From an uncultured Gemmatimonadaceae bacterium (lineage in GTDB: Bacteria; Gemmatimonadota; Gemmatimonadetes; Gemmatimonadales; Gemmatimonadaceae), in contig CAWHHI010000020.1 of the NCBI GenBank assembly GCA_963829055.1, positions 32,001-96,000 of the forward strand: 64,000 nucleotides of DNA. Reading direction: 5' to 3'. Under the pieces are notes generated by a model that was not told the origin of the DNA, made no database searches, and worked only from the letters and a program-made list of their open reading frames with translations. The stretch's first letter is position 1; every line of letters begins with the position of its first letter. Positions 1 through 10,097 of this stretch are shown here, in pieces. Both the position numbers and the translations under genes were made by a program.

Positions 1-222
1 GCGCTCGACAACGCGCGCGACCGCATCCACACGGATATGACGCGCGAGGACTTCACGGAGGGACGCAACCTCGCCCCGAGCATCCCCGCCGCTGATCCGT
101 TCGGCGTCGGCGCGACGTTCGGCTTCGAGCCGCAGCCTGCCGCTGACGACGGCGTGAAGGTCTTCCAGGTGCTGCGCAATCAGCTCGAGGGATTCATGGC
201 TGACGTCGGGATACCGCGATGA
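1..222 (+). CDS. 3' end of a hypothetical protein (partial, runs off window start), coupled to the downstream NTPase
   Basis: Frame is open from base 1 to TGA at 222 with high-GC codon usage. ATGA overlap with the next gene. Confidence 0.6.
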   Translation, partial: ALDNARDRIHTDMTREDFTEGRNLAPSIPAADPFGVGATFGFEPQPAADDGVKVFQVLRNQLEGFMADVGIPR

Positions 223-1298
223 CGGTGGCGACCACGAGCCCGTTCAAATATCTGGACGCGTACCAGAAGGAGGACGCGGACCGTTTCTTCGGGCGCGAGC
301 GCGAGACGGCGCAGCTCTACAACGTGGTGCACGCCTCCAACCTGGTCCTCATCTACGGCGCCTCCGGCACCGGCAAGTCGAGCCTCGTCAACTGCGGACT
401 CGGCAACCAGTTCGTCGACACGGACTGGCTGCCGCTATTCGTTAGGCGCGGCACGGATCTCAACCGGTCGCTGGAACGCACCATGGCCGGCGCGATGAAG
501 GGAGACGCGCCACCGGATGACGTGGCCGTCGGCGAGCGTCTGCGGGCGCTGTATCTCGAGCACTACCGCCCGATCTACCTGATCTTCGACCAGTTCGAGG
601 AGCTCTTCATCCTCGGGACCCGCGACGAGCAGCGGCTGTTCTACGAGACGGTTCGGCAACTCCTCGACGCGAGCGCGGGATGCAAGCTGCTCATCATCAT
701 CAGAGAGGAGTACATCGCCTATCTCTCGGACTTCGAGAAGGCGGTGCCCTCCCTCTTCGACAACCGGCTCCGCATCGAGAAGCTCAACGATGCCAATCTC
801 GCCCGGATCATTGTCGGGACGGCGCACGCGGCCGGTATTCGGGTAGACCAGCCTAACGTCACCGTGCCGGCGATCCTGGAGAACATCCGTGATCGCCGCA
901 CGGGCGTCGATCTCGCCAATCTCCAGATCTACCTCGACCGACTCTGGCGCGCCGATCTCGAGCGGCAGGGCACCGCGACGCCGGCCGTGGTGACGTTCGA
1001 TCCTGCACTCACCGAACGAGTGGGCAAGTTGAGCGACGTGCTGCGCGACTTTCTCTCCAATCAGCTCAAGGCAATCGAGCAGGGCCTCACGTCGCAGCGA
1101 GGTGTCGCGAAGCCCGAGGGCATTCCGCTGGAGGTCCTGTTCGCGCTGGTGACCGAGGAGGGTACGAAGCGGAACCTCGACGTGTCAGCGATCCTCGAGG
1201 CGCTTCCCGGGAACCGCGAGATCCAGGAGTCGCACGTGCGATTCTGCCTCGACGAGTTCGAGCGCCTGCGGCTCGTGCGTCCGCTCGCCGTCGCGTGA
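219..1298 (+). CDS. nSTAND1-like P-loop NTPase (ATP-binding protein) with no C-terminal repeat domain
   Basis: SPFKYLDAY..FFGRERE N-terminus, Walker A GASGTGKSS, Walker B LIFDQFEELF, IIREEY motif. Confidence 0.8.
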   Translation: MTVATTSPFKYLDAYQKEDADRFFGRERETAQLYNVVHASNLVLIYGASGTGKSSLVNCGLGNQFVDTDWLPLFVRRGTDLNRSLERTMAGAMKGDAPPDDVAVGERLRALYLEHYRPIYLIFDQFEELFILGTRDEQRLFYETVRQLLDASAGCKLLIIIREEYIAYLSDFEKAVPSLFDNRLRIEKLNDANLARIIVGTAHAAGIRVDQPNVTVPAILENIRDRRTGVDLANLQIYLDRLWRADLERQGTATPAVVTFDPALTERVGKLSDVLRDFLSNQLKAIEQGLTSQRGVAKPEGIPLEVLFALVTEEGTKRNLDVSAILEALPGNREIQESHVRFCLDEFERLRLVRPLAVA

Positions 1299-1311
1299 CG
1301 CTGACCCGCCA

Positions 1312-1468
1312 GTGGAACGAGGTTGAGATGTTGATGGCAGGCGAGGCAGGCCCTATAGCCAGAATTGGCAAAGGGCAGACTTCCCTGACAGGTGAGAGGC
1401 GGAGCGCGTTTGCCAGTTCTGGCTCTGGGCCGGAATCGCCCACCATCAACATTTAACGCGCAGTCCAC
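1312..1468. repeat. Long imperfect inverted repeat (hairpin, ~140-155 nt)
   Basis: Paired segments ATGTTGATGG/CCATCAACAT, GGCGA/TCGCC, GGCCC/GGGCC, AGCCAGAA/TTCTGGCT and TGGCAAA/TTTGCCA. Confidence 0.65.
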
Positions 1469-1475
1469 CTCACGC

Positions 1476-1505
1476 TTGACATGTGACCTTTTGGTCACCT
1501 ATTAT
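1476..1505 (+). promoter_or_regulatory. Sigma70 promoter with ArsR operator palindrome
   Basis: TTGACA (1476-1481), 18 nt spacer, TATTAT (1500-1505). GTGACC-tttt-GGTCAC (1483-1498) lies between the boxes. Confidence 0.75.
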
Positions 1506-1510
1506 CCGGT

Positions 1511-1834
1511 GTGACAGACGACGATCGCGTGTTCAAGGCGCTCGCTGATTCGACGCGGCGCTCCCTCCTCGACCGGCTCTTCGTGCGTGACGGCCGCACG
1601 CTCACGGAGCTCGAGTCCGAGCTGGCGATGACCCGCTTCGGTGTCATGAAGCACCTCCGCGTCCTCGAGGACGCGGGGCTCGTGGTGACCAAGCGCTCGG
1701 GACGCGAGAAGCTGCACTTCCTCAACCCCGTTCCGATCCGGCTCATCCACGATCGATGGATCGACAAGTTCACCGAGCGCCGCGTATCGGCGCTCACTGA
1801 CCTCAAGCGACAATTGGAGGAGGAGTCCGCATGA
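1511..1834 (+). CDS. ArsR/SmtB family transcriptional regulator
   Basis: VFKALADSTRRSLL...MKHLRVLEDAGLV...GREKLHFLNPVPI. Confidence 0.92.
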   Translation: MTDDDRVFKALADSTRRSLLDRLFVRDGRTLTELESELAMTRFGVMKHLRVLEDAGLVVTKRSGREKLHFLNPVPIRLIHDRWIDKFTERRVSALTDLKRQLEEESA

Positions 1835-2353
1835 CGAGCACCGCACCGTCCGGCACGAGCGTCACGACGCAGATCTATCGCGTCTTCATCAAGGCAACGC
1901 CGCAGGCGATCTGGGACGCGATCACCACGCCGGAGTGGACGCAGCGCTTCGGCTACGGGTTGCGCGACGTGTACGAGTTGCGTCCCGGCGGGTCGTACCG
2001 CGGGTACGCGAACGCAGGGATGACCGCCATGGGGATGCCGGAAGTTGTCGACGGACGGCGAGGTCATAGAGGCGGATCCGCCGCGGAAGCTGGTGGTCAC
2101 CTGGCGCATGGCGATGGACCCCAGCATGGCCGCCGAAGGCCATACGCGCCTAACGTATGAGATCGTGGAGGGGAGGAACGGTGTGAGCCGCCTCAGCGTG
2201 ATCCACGATCTCACGGGAACGCCCGGCCATGCGGCGATGGTCGCCGGCGATCAGCAGGGCCCCGGAGCCGGCGGTGGCTGGACCTGGATCCTGAGCGATC
2301 TCAAGACGCTGCTCGAGAGCGGAACGCAGATGGTAACGGGCGGCGCGTGGTAG
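1831..2353 (+). CDS. SRPBCC/AHSA1 domain protein (one frameshift near 2050)
   Basis: IKATPQAIWDAITTPEWT in the first frame and GEVIEADPPRKLVVTW...GWTWILSDLKTLLESG in the second. Typical ArsR partner. Confidence 0.85.
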
Positions 2354-2365
2354 TGAATGGAAGTG

Positions 2366-2393
2366 AAAAGGCCTCGCGCATTCGCGCGAGGCC
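2366..2393 (-). terminator. Intrinsic terminator-like hairpin
   Basis: GGCCTCGCGC-loop-GCGCGAGGCC, followed by TTTT on the minus strand. Confidence 0.5.
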
Positions 2394-2640
2394 CGGAGCC
2401 AATCTCGCTCGCGCGACGCGCGCCGACTAGTCGTGTGAGCCAGGCCTCGCCGGGTCGGTACCGCGAACGAACCGGATGATCTGCACCGGCCGCTTTCGGC
2501 GCGCGACGTCCTCGTACAACACGAGGAACTGGTCACCGGTCGTCCGGCTCACCGCGTACACCTTCACGAAGGCGCGCCCGCCGACGGAGCTCGATGTAGT
2601 TTCGCCGCCGGATACTTCGGCGAATGTGGTGGCCGGGGCC

Positions 2641-2694
2641 GTTTGGAGTCAGACTCGGCCGTTTGGAGTCAGACTCGAGTCTGACTCCAAACGG
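2641..2694. repeat. REP palindrome (family 1) at the 3' end of RAYT
   Basis: Perfect 36-bp palindrome CCGTTTGGAGTCAGACTC|GAGTCTGACTCCAAACGG (2659-2694), preceded by an extra half copy. Confidence 0.9.
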
Positions 2695-2698
2695 ATCA

Positions 2699-3391
2699 TT
2701 ACAACGAGGGCGACAACCCTTTCGTCGCCGGGTCGGTGTGCCGCGCTAGCAGTGTCGTGATCTCGTCACGGAACCGCTTGCTGCCAAGCGCCCAACCCGT
2801 GTGGGTCGCGTTGCGAATGTCCGCGAGCACCGAATCGGGAAGCGCGGCCCGAAAGAGCGCGCGGTATGCCGCCTGACGCGTGCATGCGTCGCGGTCGAGC
2901 GCCAGATACCGCTCGTGGGGCGTCACCAGCGGATCGCTTGCGCCGAGGGCGTTCGCTCCGTGGCTCGACCACGGGTAGTGACGCGGGTCGGTGACGAGCC
3001 CGGCGCGCACCGGATTGAGCTCGATGTACCGATGGCACGCGAAGAGATACTGATCGGTGTCCACGACAGTGGCCTTGTAGCGTCCCTGGCACAAGGTGCC
3101 AGTGCGTTCATACGTGTCGTTGAAACGCCTAACGTATCGTCGGCAGACCGATTGCAGCATCCGTCCGATGCCGGAGGCGGTCGTCGGCGTCAGGAGAAGG
3201 TGCACGTGGTTGGTCATGAGCACGTATGCGTGCACGTGACAGCCGTACTTTTCGCACGCGGTGCGGAGACAGTCGAGGAAGAACCGATAGTCCGAATCCG
3301 CGACGAAGAGCACCGAGCGATTCGTGCCGCGCTGGATGACGTGCTGTGGCATGCCAGGAGCGGCGTAGCGTGGTATGCGTGCCAAACTCAC
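2699..3391 (-). mobile_element. rayT: REP-associated tyrosine transposase (RAYT, Y1 HUH / IS200-like superfamily)
   Basis: HVIQRGTNR, HAYVLMTNHVHLL (HUH), RYIELNPVRAG (catalytic Tyr) and YPWSS motifs. Flanked on both sides by palindromic repeats. Confidence 0.9.
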
Positions 3392-3582
3392 CTCGTGGAG
3401 CGCGTGGTTGGTCGCGACACGTGTGCGGCCGCGGCCGACCTACATGGTGGCACGCACAACGCGCCCGGGCGCCATCAACCTGTCGCTGGCTGGGACCGTT
3501 CCAACGCGGACTGATCACCGTTGTAGATGTGCCGCACCGATGGCCGCCGGTGCGTTCGAACGATGAAAATCGGATGAAAATC

Positions 3583-3626
3583 GAGTCGACTCGAGTCTGA
3601 CTCGAGTCTGACTCCGAGTCTGACTC
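3583..3626. repeat. REP half-site tandem array (family 1) on the 5' side of RAYT
   Basis: GAGTC-GACTC followed by three GAGTCTGACTC units. Confidence 0.85.
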
Positions 3627-5410
3627 AGCGGCCGCTCGTTCCCCTCGTGATACCGGAGCGCGGCTCCGACACCCCCTCCCAGCCACCGCGCACTCGCATG
3701 ACCGCGTTGACCGTCGCGAGCGCCGGTTGGTAGCGGATGCCGTGCCCCATCGCCCGCAACGAGTCCTCGACTTCCTTCGTGAGCCCGTCGGTCTCCACGA
3801 CGAGCGTGTCGGGAAGAGCCTGATGGTGCAGGCGAGGCGCGCGCATCGCGTCAGCGAGCGACATCCGGTGGTCGATGACGTTGAGAATCACCTGTGAGGT
3901 CGCGGTGATGATGCGCGGGCCGCCGGCCGCCCCGACGACCAGCAGCAGTTGCCCTTTCGGGTCGAGGACGATGGTCGGCGACATCGCGCTCAGCATCCGC
4001 TTGCCCGGCGCGATCGCGTTCTGCTCGCCCTGCACGAGCCCGAACAAATTCGGCTTGCCCGGCGACGCCGCAAAGTCGTCCATCTCGTCGTTCATGAAGA
4101 AGCCGAGGTTCTTCAGGTAGACGGCCGAGCCATAACCGCTCCCAGGCCCGTTGATCGTCGTGGTCGTCGCGACAGCGTTCCCCTTGTCATCGACGACGGA
4201 GTAATGCGTCGTGTGGTTACCGTCCGTGATCTGCTTCGCGTCCGGTGGCGTGGGAGTGGCGCGGTCGGGTCGGATCGTCGCGGCCAGCGTGCGTGCGTAG
4301 GTCTTGCTCGTGAGCTCGGCCTGCGGGACCGGCACGAAGTCCGGGTCGGCGAGCTTGCTGTTACGATCGATGAACGCGCGCTGATACGTGGAGCTCAGAA
4401 CGTGGGCATACGCCGCGCTCCCCCAGGATGGCAAGCGAGTCCCACGACTCCAGGATGTTGAGCGACTGCGTGACGACGATGCCGCCTGACGACGCCGGCG
4501 GCATCGTGAACATCGTGTAACCGCGGTAGGTGCTTTGGATGGGAGTGCGCCAGAGTGGACGGTACCGGCGGAGGTCCTCCGTCGTGATGTTGCCGCCACC
4601 GCGTTGCATCGCCGCCACCAGCGAGTCGCCAACCTCTCCTTCGTAGAACGCGCGTGCTCCACCGGCGGCGATGAGCTCGAGCGTCCGTGCGAGTGCCGGC
4701 TGGCGGAAGCGCGTGCCCGGCTCGAGCGCGGTTCCGCCGGGGAAGAACACGTCCTTCGCGTCGAAGCGCTCGATGTGCTCTCGATTGCCCAGGAGGGAGC
4801 GCTGCAGGAACGAGTCGACGACGAAGCCGTCGCGCGCGAGCCGGATCGCCGGTGCCATCACCTGCGAGAGCGTCATCGTCCCGTACTTCGCGAGCGCCTC
4901 CGACATTCCCGCCACCGACCCCGGGATCCCGGAGGCCCGGTAGCCGATGATGCTCGCGTCGGTCGGGTTGCCGTTCGCGTCGAGGTACATGTCGCGGCTG
5001 GCAGAGAGCGGCGCGACTTCGCGATAGTCGATCGCCGCCGTGCGCCCGTCAGCCATGCGGATGACCATGAACCCCCCACCCCCAACGTTGCCGGCCGCCG
5101 GATAGGTCACGGCGAGCGCAAAGCCAACGGCGACCGCGGCATCGACCGCGTTCCCGCCAGCGCTGATGATCTCGCTCCCCGCGTCGGAGGCGAGCCCGTT
5201 GATCGAGGCGATCATGGAGCGCTCGCCGAAGTCCGCCTTCTCGCCCGCCTTGAAGCGCCACCCATCGGGAAAGACAACGACGCGGCGAGCCGGGATCGCC
5301 GGCTCGGCTGCCGCGGCCGACGTCGACGGCGAGTCGTTAGGCCCGGTGCGGCAAGCGACGGAGGCGAGGAGCAGAGCCAGACGGCTGACGCTGGCGACAG
5401 AACGCGGCAT
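3625..5410 (-). CDS. ggt: Gamma-glutamyltransferase, lipoprotein (frameshift near 4440)
   Basis: GGNAVDAAVA, IDYREVAP, HTTHYSVVD (catalytic Thr), NDEMDDF, PGKRMLSAMSPT, GAAGGPRI. Confidence 0.9.
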
Positions 5411-5570
5411 CAATGATAGAAGGAAGTGATCGTGGCCCGGACACTCCATGCAGGGCAACGGCAGTACGGAGGAACTTATCAAAGTTCAGGTACATTCGAA
5501 CGCTCACGGACTTGCGGAGCGAGGACGTGCAGCACGAGAATCGACCGTCGGTGCGTTCAAACGATACAAT

Positions 5571-5618
5571 TGGGGTCAGACTCGAGTCAGGCTCGAGCCT
5601 GACTCGAGTCTGACCCCA
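5571..5618. repeat. REP palindrome (family 1), 48-bp nested form
   Basis: TGGGGTCAGACTCGAGTCAGGCTC|GAGCCTGACTCGAGTCTGACCCCA, a perfect palindrome. Confidence 0.9.
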
Positions 5619-5658
5619 CGCGTTGCGGACCGAAACAGCGGGCACCATGTTCGCAGTC

Positions 5659-7377
5659 ATGAGACACCTCCTACTCCTGACCTGCGCCCTGACGGCGTCT
5701 GCGTGCGCGCCTTCCACGAAGGACGCGCCCGATTCCAAGTCCTATCCCTCCTCGTACGAGACCGTCATTTCCGGCGGCAGACTCGTCGACGGCACCGGCA
5801 ACGCGTGGTACTACGGCGACGTGGGGATCGCCAATGGCCGCATCGCCCGGATCACGCCACCCGGCATGCTCGCCCAGGTGTCGGCCAAGCAACGCATCGA
5901 CGCGCGCGGCCTCGTCGTCGCGCCCGGCGTCATCGACATTCAGGCCCACTCGGAAGAGCAACTGCTCTACGGCGATAGCCGAGTGATGGGGATGATCACC
6001 CAGGGCGTGACGACGATGATCATGGGCGAAGGAGAGACGCCCGGACAGCTGTCAGCCACGATGCTCTCCAACTATCTCAAGTCCGACGACACGTCGCACG
6101 CGGCACTGTATCGCACCTTCGTCGGGCCGAAGGGGTTCGGTGAGTGGCTGCACGCCATGGAGACTCACACCGCGTCCGTCAACTTCGGCTCGTTCCTCGG
6201 CGCCGGTGGCGTTAGGCAGTACGCGAAGAACATGACGCAGGGCGCGCCGACGCCGGCCGAGCTGGATACGATGCGGACCGTCGTCAGGCAGGCCATGCGG
6301 GACGGCGCGTTCGGCGTGGCCAGCGCGCTGATCTATCCGCCGGGCAATTACGCCGGGACGGAAGAGCTCATCGAGGAAGCGAAGGCGATGGCGCCGTACG
6401 GCGGCGTCTATATCACCCACATGCGGTCGGAAGGCGATCGTTTCCTCGAAGCCGTCGACGAAGCGATGCGTATCGGGCGCGAGGGTGGCGTGCCGGTCGA
6501 GATCTATCATCTCAAGGCAGCGGGCGTGAAGAACTGGCCGAAGATGAAGACCGCGATCGCGAAGATCGATTCGGCGCGCGCGGCCGGTCAGGACGTAGCG
6601 GTCGATCAGTACCCGTACACCGCGGGCGGGAACAACCTGTCGTCGTGCATTCCGCCGTGGGCGCACGCCGATGGCAAGCTTCTCGACCGGCTGCGCGACC
6701 CGGCGACGCGCGCGAAGATCAAGGCCGAGATGACGGATGAGAACGCGAACTTCGAGAGTCTCTGTCTCGGCGCGACGCCACAGGGCGTCGAGGTGGTCGG
6801 CTTCAAGGTCGACTCGCTCAAGAAGTACGAGGGCAAGCGCCTGCCGGAGATCGCATCGGCGTGGAAGAAGGACTGGCCTGACGCGTTGATGGACCTGACG
6901 CTGGCGGAAAAGAATCGGCTTGGGCAGATCATCTTCATCGCGTCGGACTCGAACATCGCCGTGCAGGTGAAGCTGCCGTACATGAAGTTCGGCACGGACG
7001 CGGCCGGCTACGATCCGGACAGCACGCATGAGTCGGTGCATCCACGGTCGTACGGGACGTATCCGAAGATTCTCGGCCAGTTCGTACGTGAGCAGAAGCT
7101 GCTCACGCTCGAGGATGCGGTGCGCAAGATGACGGGCGCGACGGCGGCTCGGCTGTCGATTCGCGATCGCGGCGAGCTCAAGGAAGGGTGGTACGCGGAC
7201 ATCATGATCTTCGATCCGAACACGATCATCGACCGTGCGACGTACGAGCAGCCGCACCAGCTGTCCGTCGGCGTTAGGAACGTGCTGGTGAATGGCGTGC
7301 CGGTCGTCACCGACGGAAAGGTGACGGGCGCGAAACCCGGTCGCGTCGTGCGCGGGCCGGGGTACGGGCTGCCGTAA
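5659..7377 (+). CDS. N-acyl-D-amino-acid deacylase (D-aminoacylase family amidohydrolase), lipoprotein
   Basis: APGVIDIQAHS, YITHMRSEG, YHLKAAG, HPRSYGTYP, RGELKEGWYADI. N-terminal lipobox-like ASAC. Confidence 0.9.
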   Translation: MRHLLLLTCALTASACAPSTKDAPDSKSYPSSYETVISGGRLVDGTGNAWYYGDVGIANGRIARITPPGMLAQVSAKQRIDARGLVVAPGVIDIQAHSEEQLLYGDSRVMGMITQGVTTMIMGEGETPGQLSATMLSNYLKSDDTSHAALYRTFVGPKGFGEWLHAMETHTASVNFGSFLGAGGVRQYAKNMTQGAPTPAELDTMRTVVRQAMRDGAFGVASALIYPPGNYAGTEELIEEAKAMAPYGGVYITHMRSEGDRFLEAVDEAMRIGREGGVPVEIYHLKAAGVKNWPKMKTAIAKIDSARAAGQDVAVDQYPYTAGGNNLSSCIPPWAHADGKLLDRLRDPATRAKIKAEMTDENANFESLCLGATPQGVEVVGFKVDSLKKYEGKRLPEIASAWKKDWPDALMDLTLAEKNRLGQIIFIASDSNIAVQVKLPYMKFGTDAAGYDPDSTHESVHPRSYGTYPKILGQFVREQKLLTLEDAVRKMTGATAARLSIRDRGELKEGWYADIMIFDPNTIIDRATYEQPHQLSVGVRNVLVNGVPVVTDGKVTGAKPGRVVRGPGYGLP

Positions 7378-7396
7378 TCGTCCCAAACAGACCTGC

Positions 7397-7537
7397 GTCA
7401 TCCCGCAGCGTTGTCATCCCGAGCGGACGAGCTGTATGTCATCCCGAGCGGCAGCGAGGGATCTCTCGAAGGTCATCGTGGCTTGGCCGGCCACGATGAC
7501 CTTACAACAGGTCCCTCGCTGCCGCTCGGGATGACAC
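7397..7537. repeat. REP-like inverted-repeat element, family 2A
   Basis: TGTCATCCCGAGCGGCAGCGAGGGA...TCCCTCGCTGCCGCTCGGGATGACA with an internal hairpin, plus two extra 5' half sites. Confidence 0.85.
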
Positions 7538-7570
7538 TCGGTTCCCCCCCTCACACCGGAGTGTTTCGTC

Positions 7571-8637
7571 ATGCTGAATCGACGCAGGTCGGCCCTGGCG
7601 CTCGTTGTCGTTCTCGCGGCGTGCGGCACCGCTCCCGACTCCCCGACCGCGCCTAACGCGACTCCTCCCACCACCGGCGTCTCGTTCGCCAAGCCCGTCG
7701 ACCCCGGCTACAAGGTCTATCAGGATGGCAGCACCACCGACGCCGTGACGCAGCCCGTGGGCGGCGCGTATCTGGCCGGTGGTGGCACCGACGTCGACGC
7801 GGGCATGGTGTGGCTGATGGGACAGGGCGGGACGCGTAGCCCCGGGAAGTACGGCGACGTCGTCGTGCTGCGCACGACCGGCAGCAATGGCTACAACAAG
7901 TATCTCGTCGGGCTCGGCGCGAATTCCGTGACGAGCATTGTCATCACGTCCGTGGCCGGCGCGAACAGCGCCGTCGTGACCAACGCGATCGCGAAGGCCG
8001 AGGTGGTGTTCCTCGCCGGCGGGGATCAGTCGACGTACGTGAATCTGTGGCGCGGGACGGCGCTTCAGACCGCGGTGAACGCGCGCGTGGCGCAGGGATA
8101 CCCGATCGGCGGGACGAGCGCCGGACTGGCGGTCATGGGGCAGTACGTGTACGCGGCGCTCAACGCGTCATCCGAGTCGGCGATCGTGTTGCAGAATCCG
8201 TTCGACGCGTCGGTGACGTTGCAGACTGCGCTGTTCAACGTGCCGCTGCTAACGAACGTCATCACTGACTCGCATTTCAAGACGCGCGATCGCATGGGAC
8301 GACTGCTCGTTTTCCTGGCGCGCTTGCAGCAGGACAACATGGCGACGTCGCGCCGCGCGCGATCGCGATCGACGAAGGGTCTGGTGTTGGGGTGACGGCG
8401 AACGGGTCGACGACGACGTTCGGCACCGGCGCCGGCGCGTACTACCTGAGCGTGCCTGCGAACGCCACGCGCACATGTGCCCCGAATACTCCGCTCTCGT
8501 ACAGCGCGGTGAGTACCGTACACGTCCAGAACGGCCAGAACTTCACGTTAGGCAGCTGGACGAGCAGCAATGCCTCGCCGTATACGCTCAGCGTCGCGAG
8601 CGGCGTCGTTTCGTCATCGACGGGGTCGATCTACTGA
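7571..8637 (+). CDS. Cyanophycinase-like S51 peptidase, lipoprotein (frameshift near 8350-8390)
   Basis: LAGGGTD, VFLAGGDQ, GGTSAG nucleophile, DSHFKTRDRMGRL. LAAC lipobox. Confidence 0.85.
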
Positions 8638-8658
8638 GCTGTCGTTTCGAGCGAAGCC

Positions 8659-8785
8659 GTGTCATTCCGAGCGGAGGCCGAAGGCCGGAGTCGAGGAATC
8701 GCGCGGGTACCGGTAGCGGGCCCTCTATCGTGCAGGGTCTCGATTCCTCGACTGCGCCGCTCCTCGGCTTCGCTCGGAATGACAC
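8659..8785. repeat. REP-like inverted-repeat element, family 2B
   Basis: GTGTCATTCCGAGCG..GTCGAGGAATCG...CGATTCCTCGAC..CGCTCGGAATGACAC between convergent genes. Confidence 0.85.
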
Positions 8786-8835
8786 GGGTCAGGGCTTGCC
8801 CCTGTTCGGCGACGTGTCGACAGGTTGTCGAAGAA

Positions 8836-9822
8836 TCAGCGCTTGTCCACGCTCCGCAGGAACTCGCGCACGTCCTTCACGTTCGCGTCAGGTGCATCCC
8901 ACGAGGTGACGTGGCTCGCACCCTTGTAGAGGACGAACTTGGCGCCTGGGATCAGCTTCGCGTGCGCCTCGACCGTCTTCGGCCCGACCTCGTCGAACTC
9001 GCCCGTCGTCGAGAGGACCGGCACCTTGATCTTCGGGAGGTCCGCGCGCGCATCGTAGTCCTTGAGCGTGCCGGTGACGACGTACTCGTACGCACCCTGC
9101 ATGTAGTTGTACTGCTCGGTGCCAAACCCCGCGTTCGTCGAGTCGAGGTCGGCCTGCACCGGACGCCGCCACACGTGTTTCGCGTAGAACTCATCCGTCG
9201 CGGCTTTGAAGGCCGGCGTCTCTGCGCTTCCGCCGGCTTTCCACGCCGCGATCGCGCGCTGCGACGAGTCGCTCATCTGCTTCACCCACGCGTTGGCCTC
9301 GCGCACGTAGGCGTGCCAATCGAACACCGATCCTCCGAAAACGATGCCGGCAACGTGCTCGGGGTGCGCCTTGTAGTACTCGAGCGCGAGGACCGTTCCC
9401 CACGACTGCCCGTTGAGGAACCACTTGTCGATTGCGAGCGCGCGGCGCAGTGAGTCGAGCTCCTCGACGAAGCGCGGGATGTTCATGAGCGTCGTGTCAG
9501 TGAGCCGAGTCGACTTCCCTGCTCCGAGCTGGTCGTAGCGGATGACCGGGCGATCATCGCCGATGGCTTCGAATGGCTTGAGATAGTAGCTGCCCGCGCC
9601 CGGACCGCCGTGCAGGAGCACCATTGGCGTTCCCGTCCCGGTACCGGACTTCTTGTACCAGATGCTGCCGCCGCGGACGGGAAGCATCGCCTCACCGGGG
9701 CCGAGTGCGGGAGTGGTCGCGGCGGTTGCGGCGTTAGGCGCCGCAGTGTCGGTCCGCTTGGACTCGGTCCCGGCGCAGGCAGCGAGGAGCGGCGTCGCGA
9801 AGATGAAATGACGGATGCGCAT
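8836..9822 (-). CDS. Proline iminopeptidase-family alpha/beta hydrolase, lipoprotein
   Basis: LLHGGPG, YDQLGAGKS, GQSWG, GEFDE, GASH. LAAC lipobox. Confidence 0.9.
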   Translation of the reverse strand: MRIRHFIFATPLLAACAGTESKRTDTAAPNAATAATTPALGPGEAMLPVRGGSIWYKKSGTGTGTPMVLLHGGPGAGSYYLKPFEAIGDDRPVIRYDQLGAGKSTRLTDTTLMNIPRFVEELDSLRRALAIDKWFLNGQSWGTVLALEYYKAHPEHVAGIVFGGSVFDWHAYVREANAWVKQMSDSSQRAIAAWKAGGSAETPAFKAATDEFYAKHVWRRPVQADLDSTNAGFGTEQYNYMQGAYEYVVTGTLKDYDARADLPKIKVPVLSTTGEFDEVGPKTVEAHAKLIPGAKFVLYKGASHVTSWDAPDANVKDVREFLRSVDKR

Positions 9823-9925
9823 GTGAGGAGGAGGCGGGTATGATGGAGGCGAGCTCTGGACGCCGGCGGTGGAGTATGCAGTCCGCGGGCCCGTCGAGTA
9901 AGCACCCGTTCGCTACGTGGTTTGC

Positions 9926-10070
9926 CCTGATGCCTCAAACCTCTTGCTGAGTAGCTCGAGTGCTGACGCACTGGCCCCTGCCGCCGCGTGATGGCTAGCC
10001 CGGTCACTCGGCGGCAGCAAGGCCAGTTCGACGTGCGTCAGCAAGTCAGTACGAGGTATCAGGCATCAGG
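9926..10070. repeat. MITE-like inverted-repeat element, family 3
   Basis: CCTGATGCCT...AGGCATCAGG ends with internal TGCTGACGCAC/GTGCGTCAGCA and CTGGCC/GGCCAG pairing. Both ends recur at 34470-34660. Confidence 0.7.
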
Positions 10071-10097
10071 ATGTGCTGCATGCCTAACGATCATGGA

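Noticed and set aside
6052..7401. Long antisense and overlapping ORFs (e.g. 6052-7401, 27187-28425, 29350-30528, 35340-36407, 38340-39476)
   Set aside because: These are shadow ORFs of high-GC genes, with no recognisable motifs, opposite well-supported CDSs.
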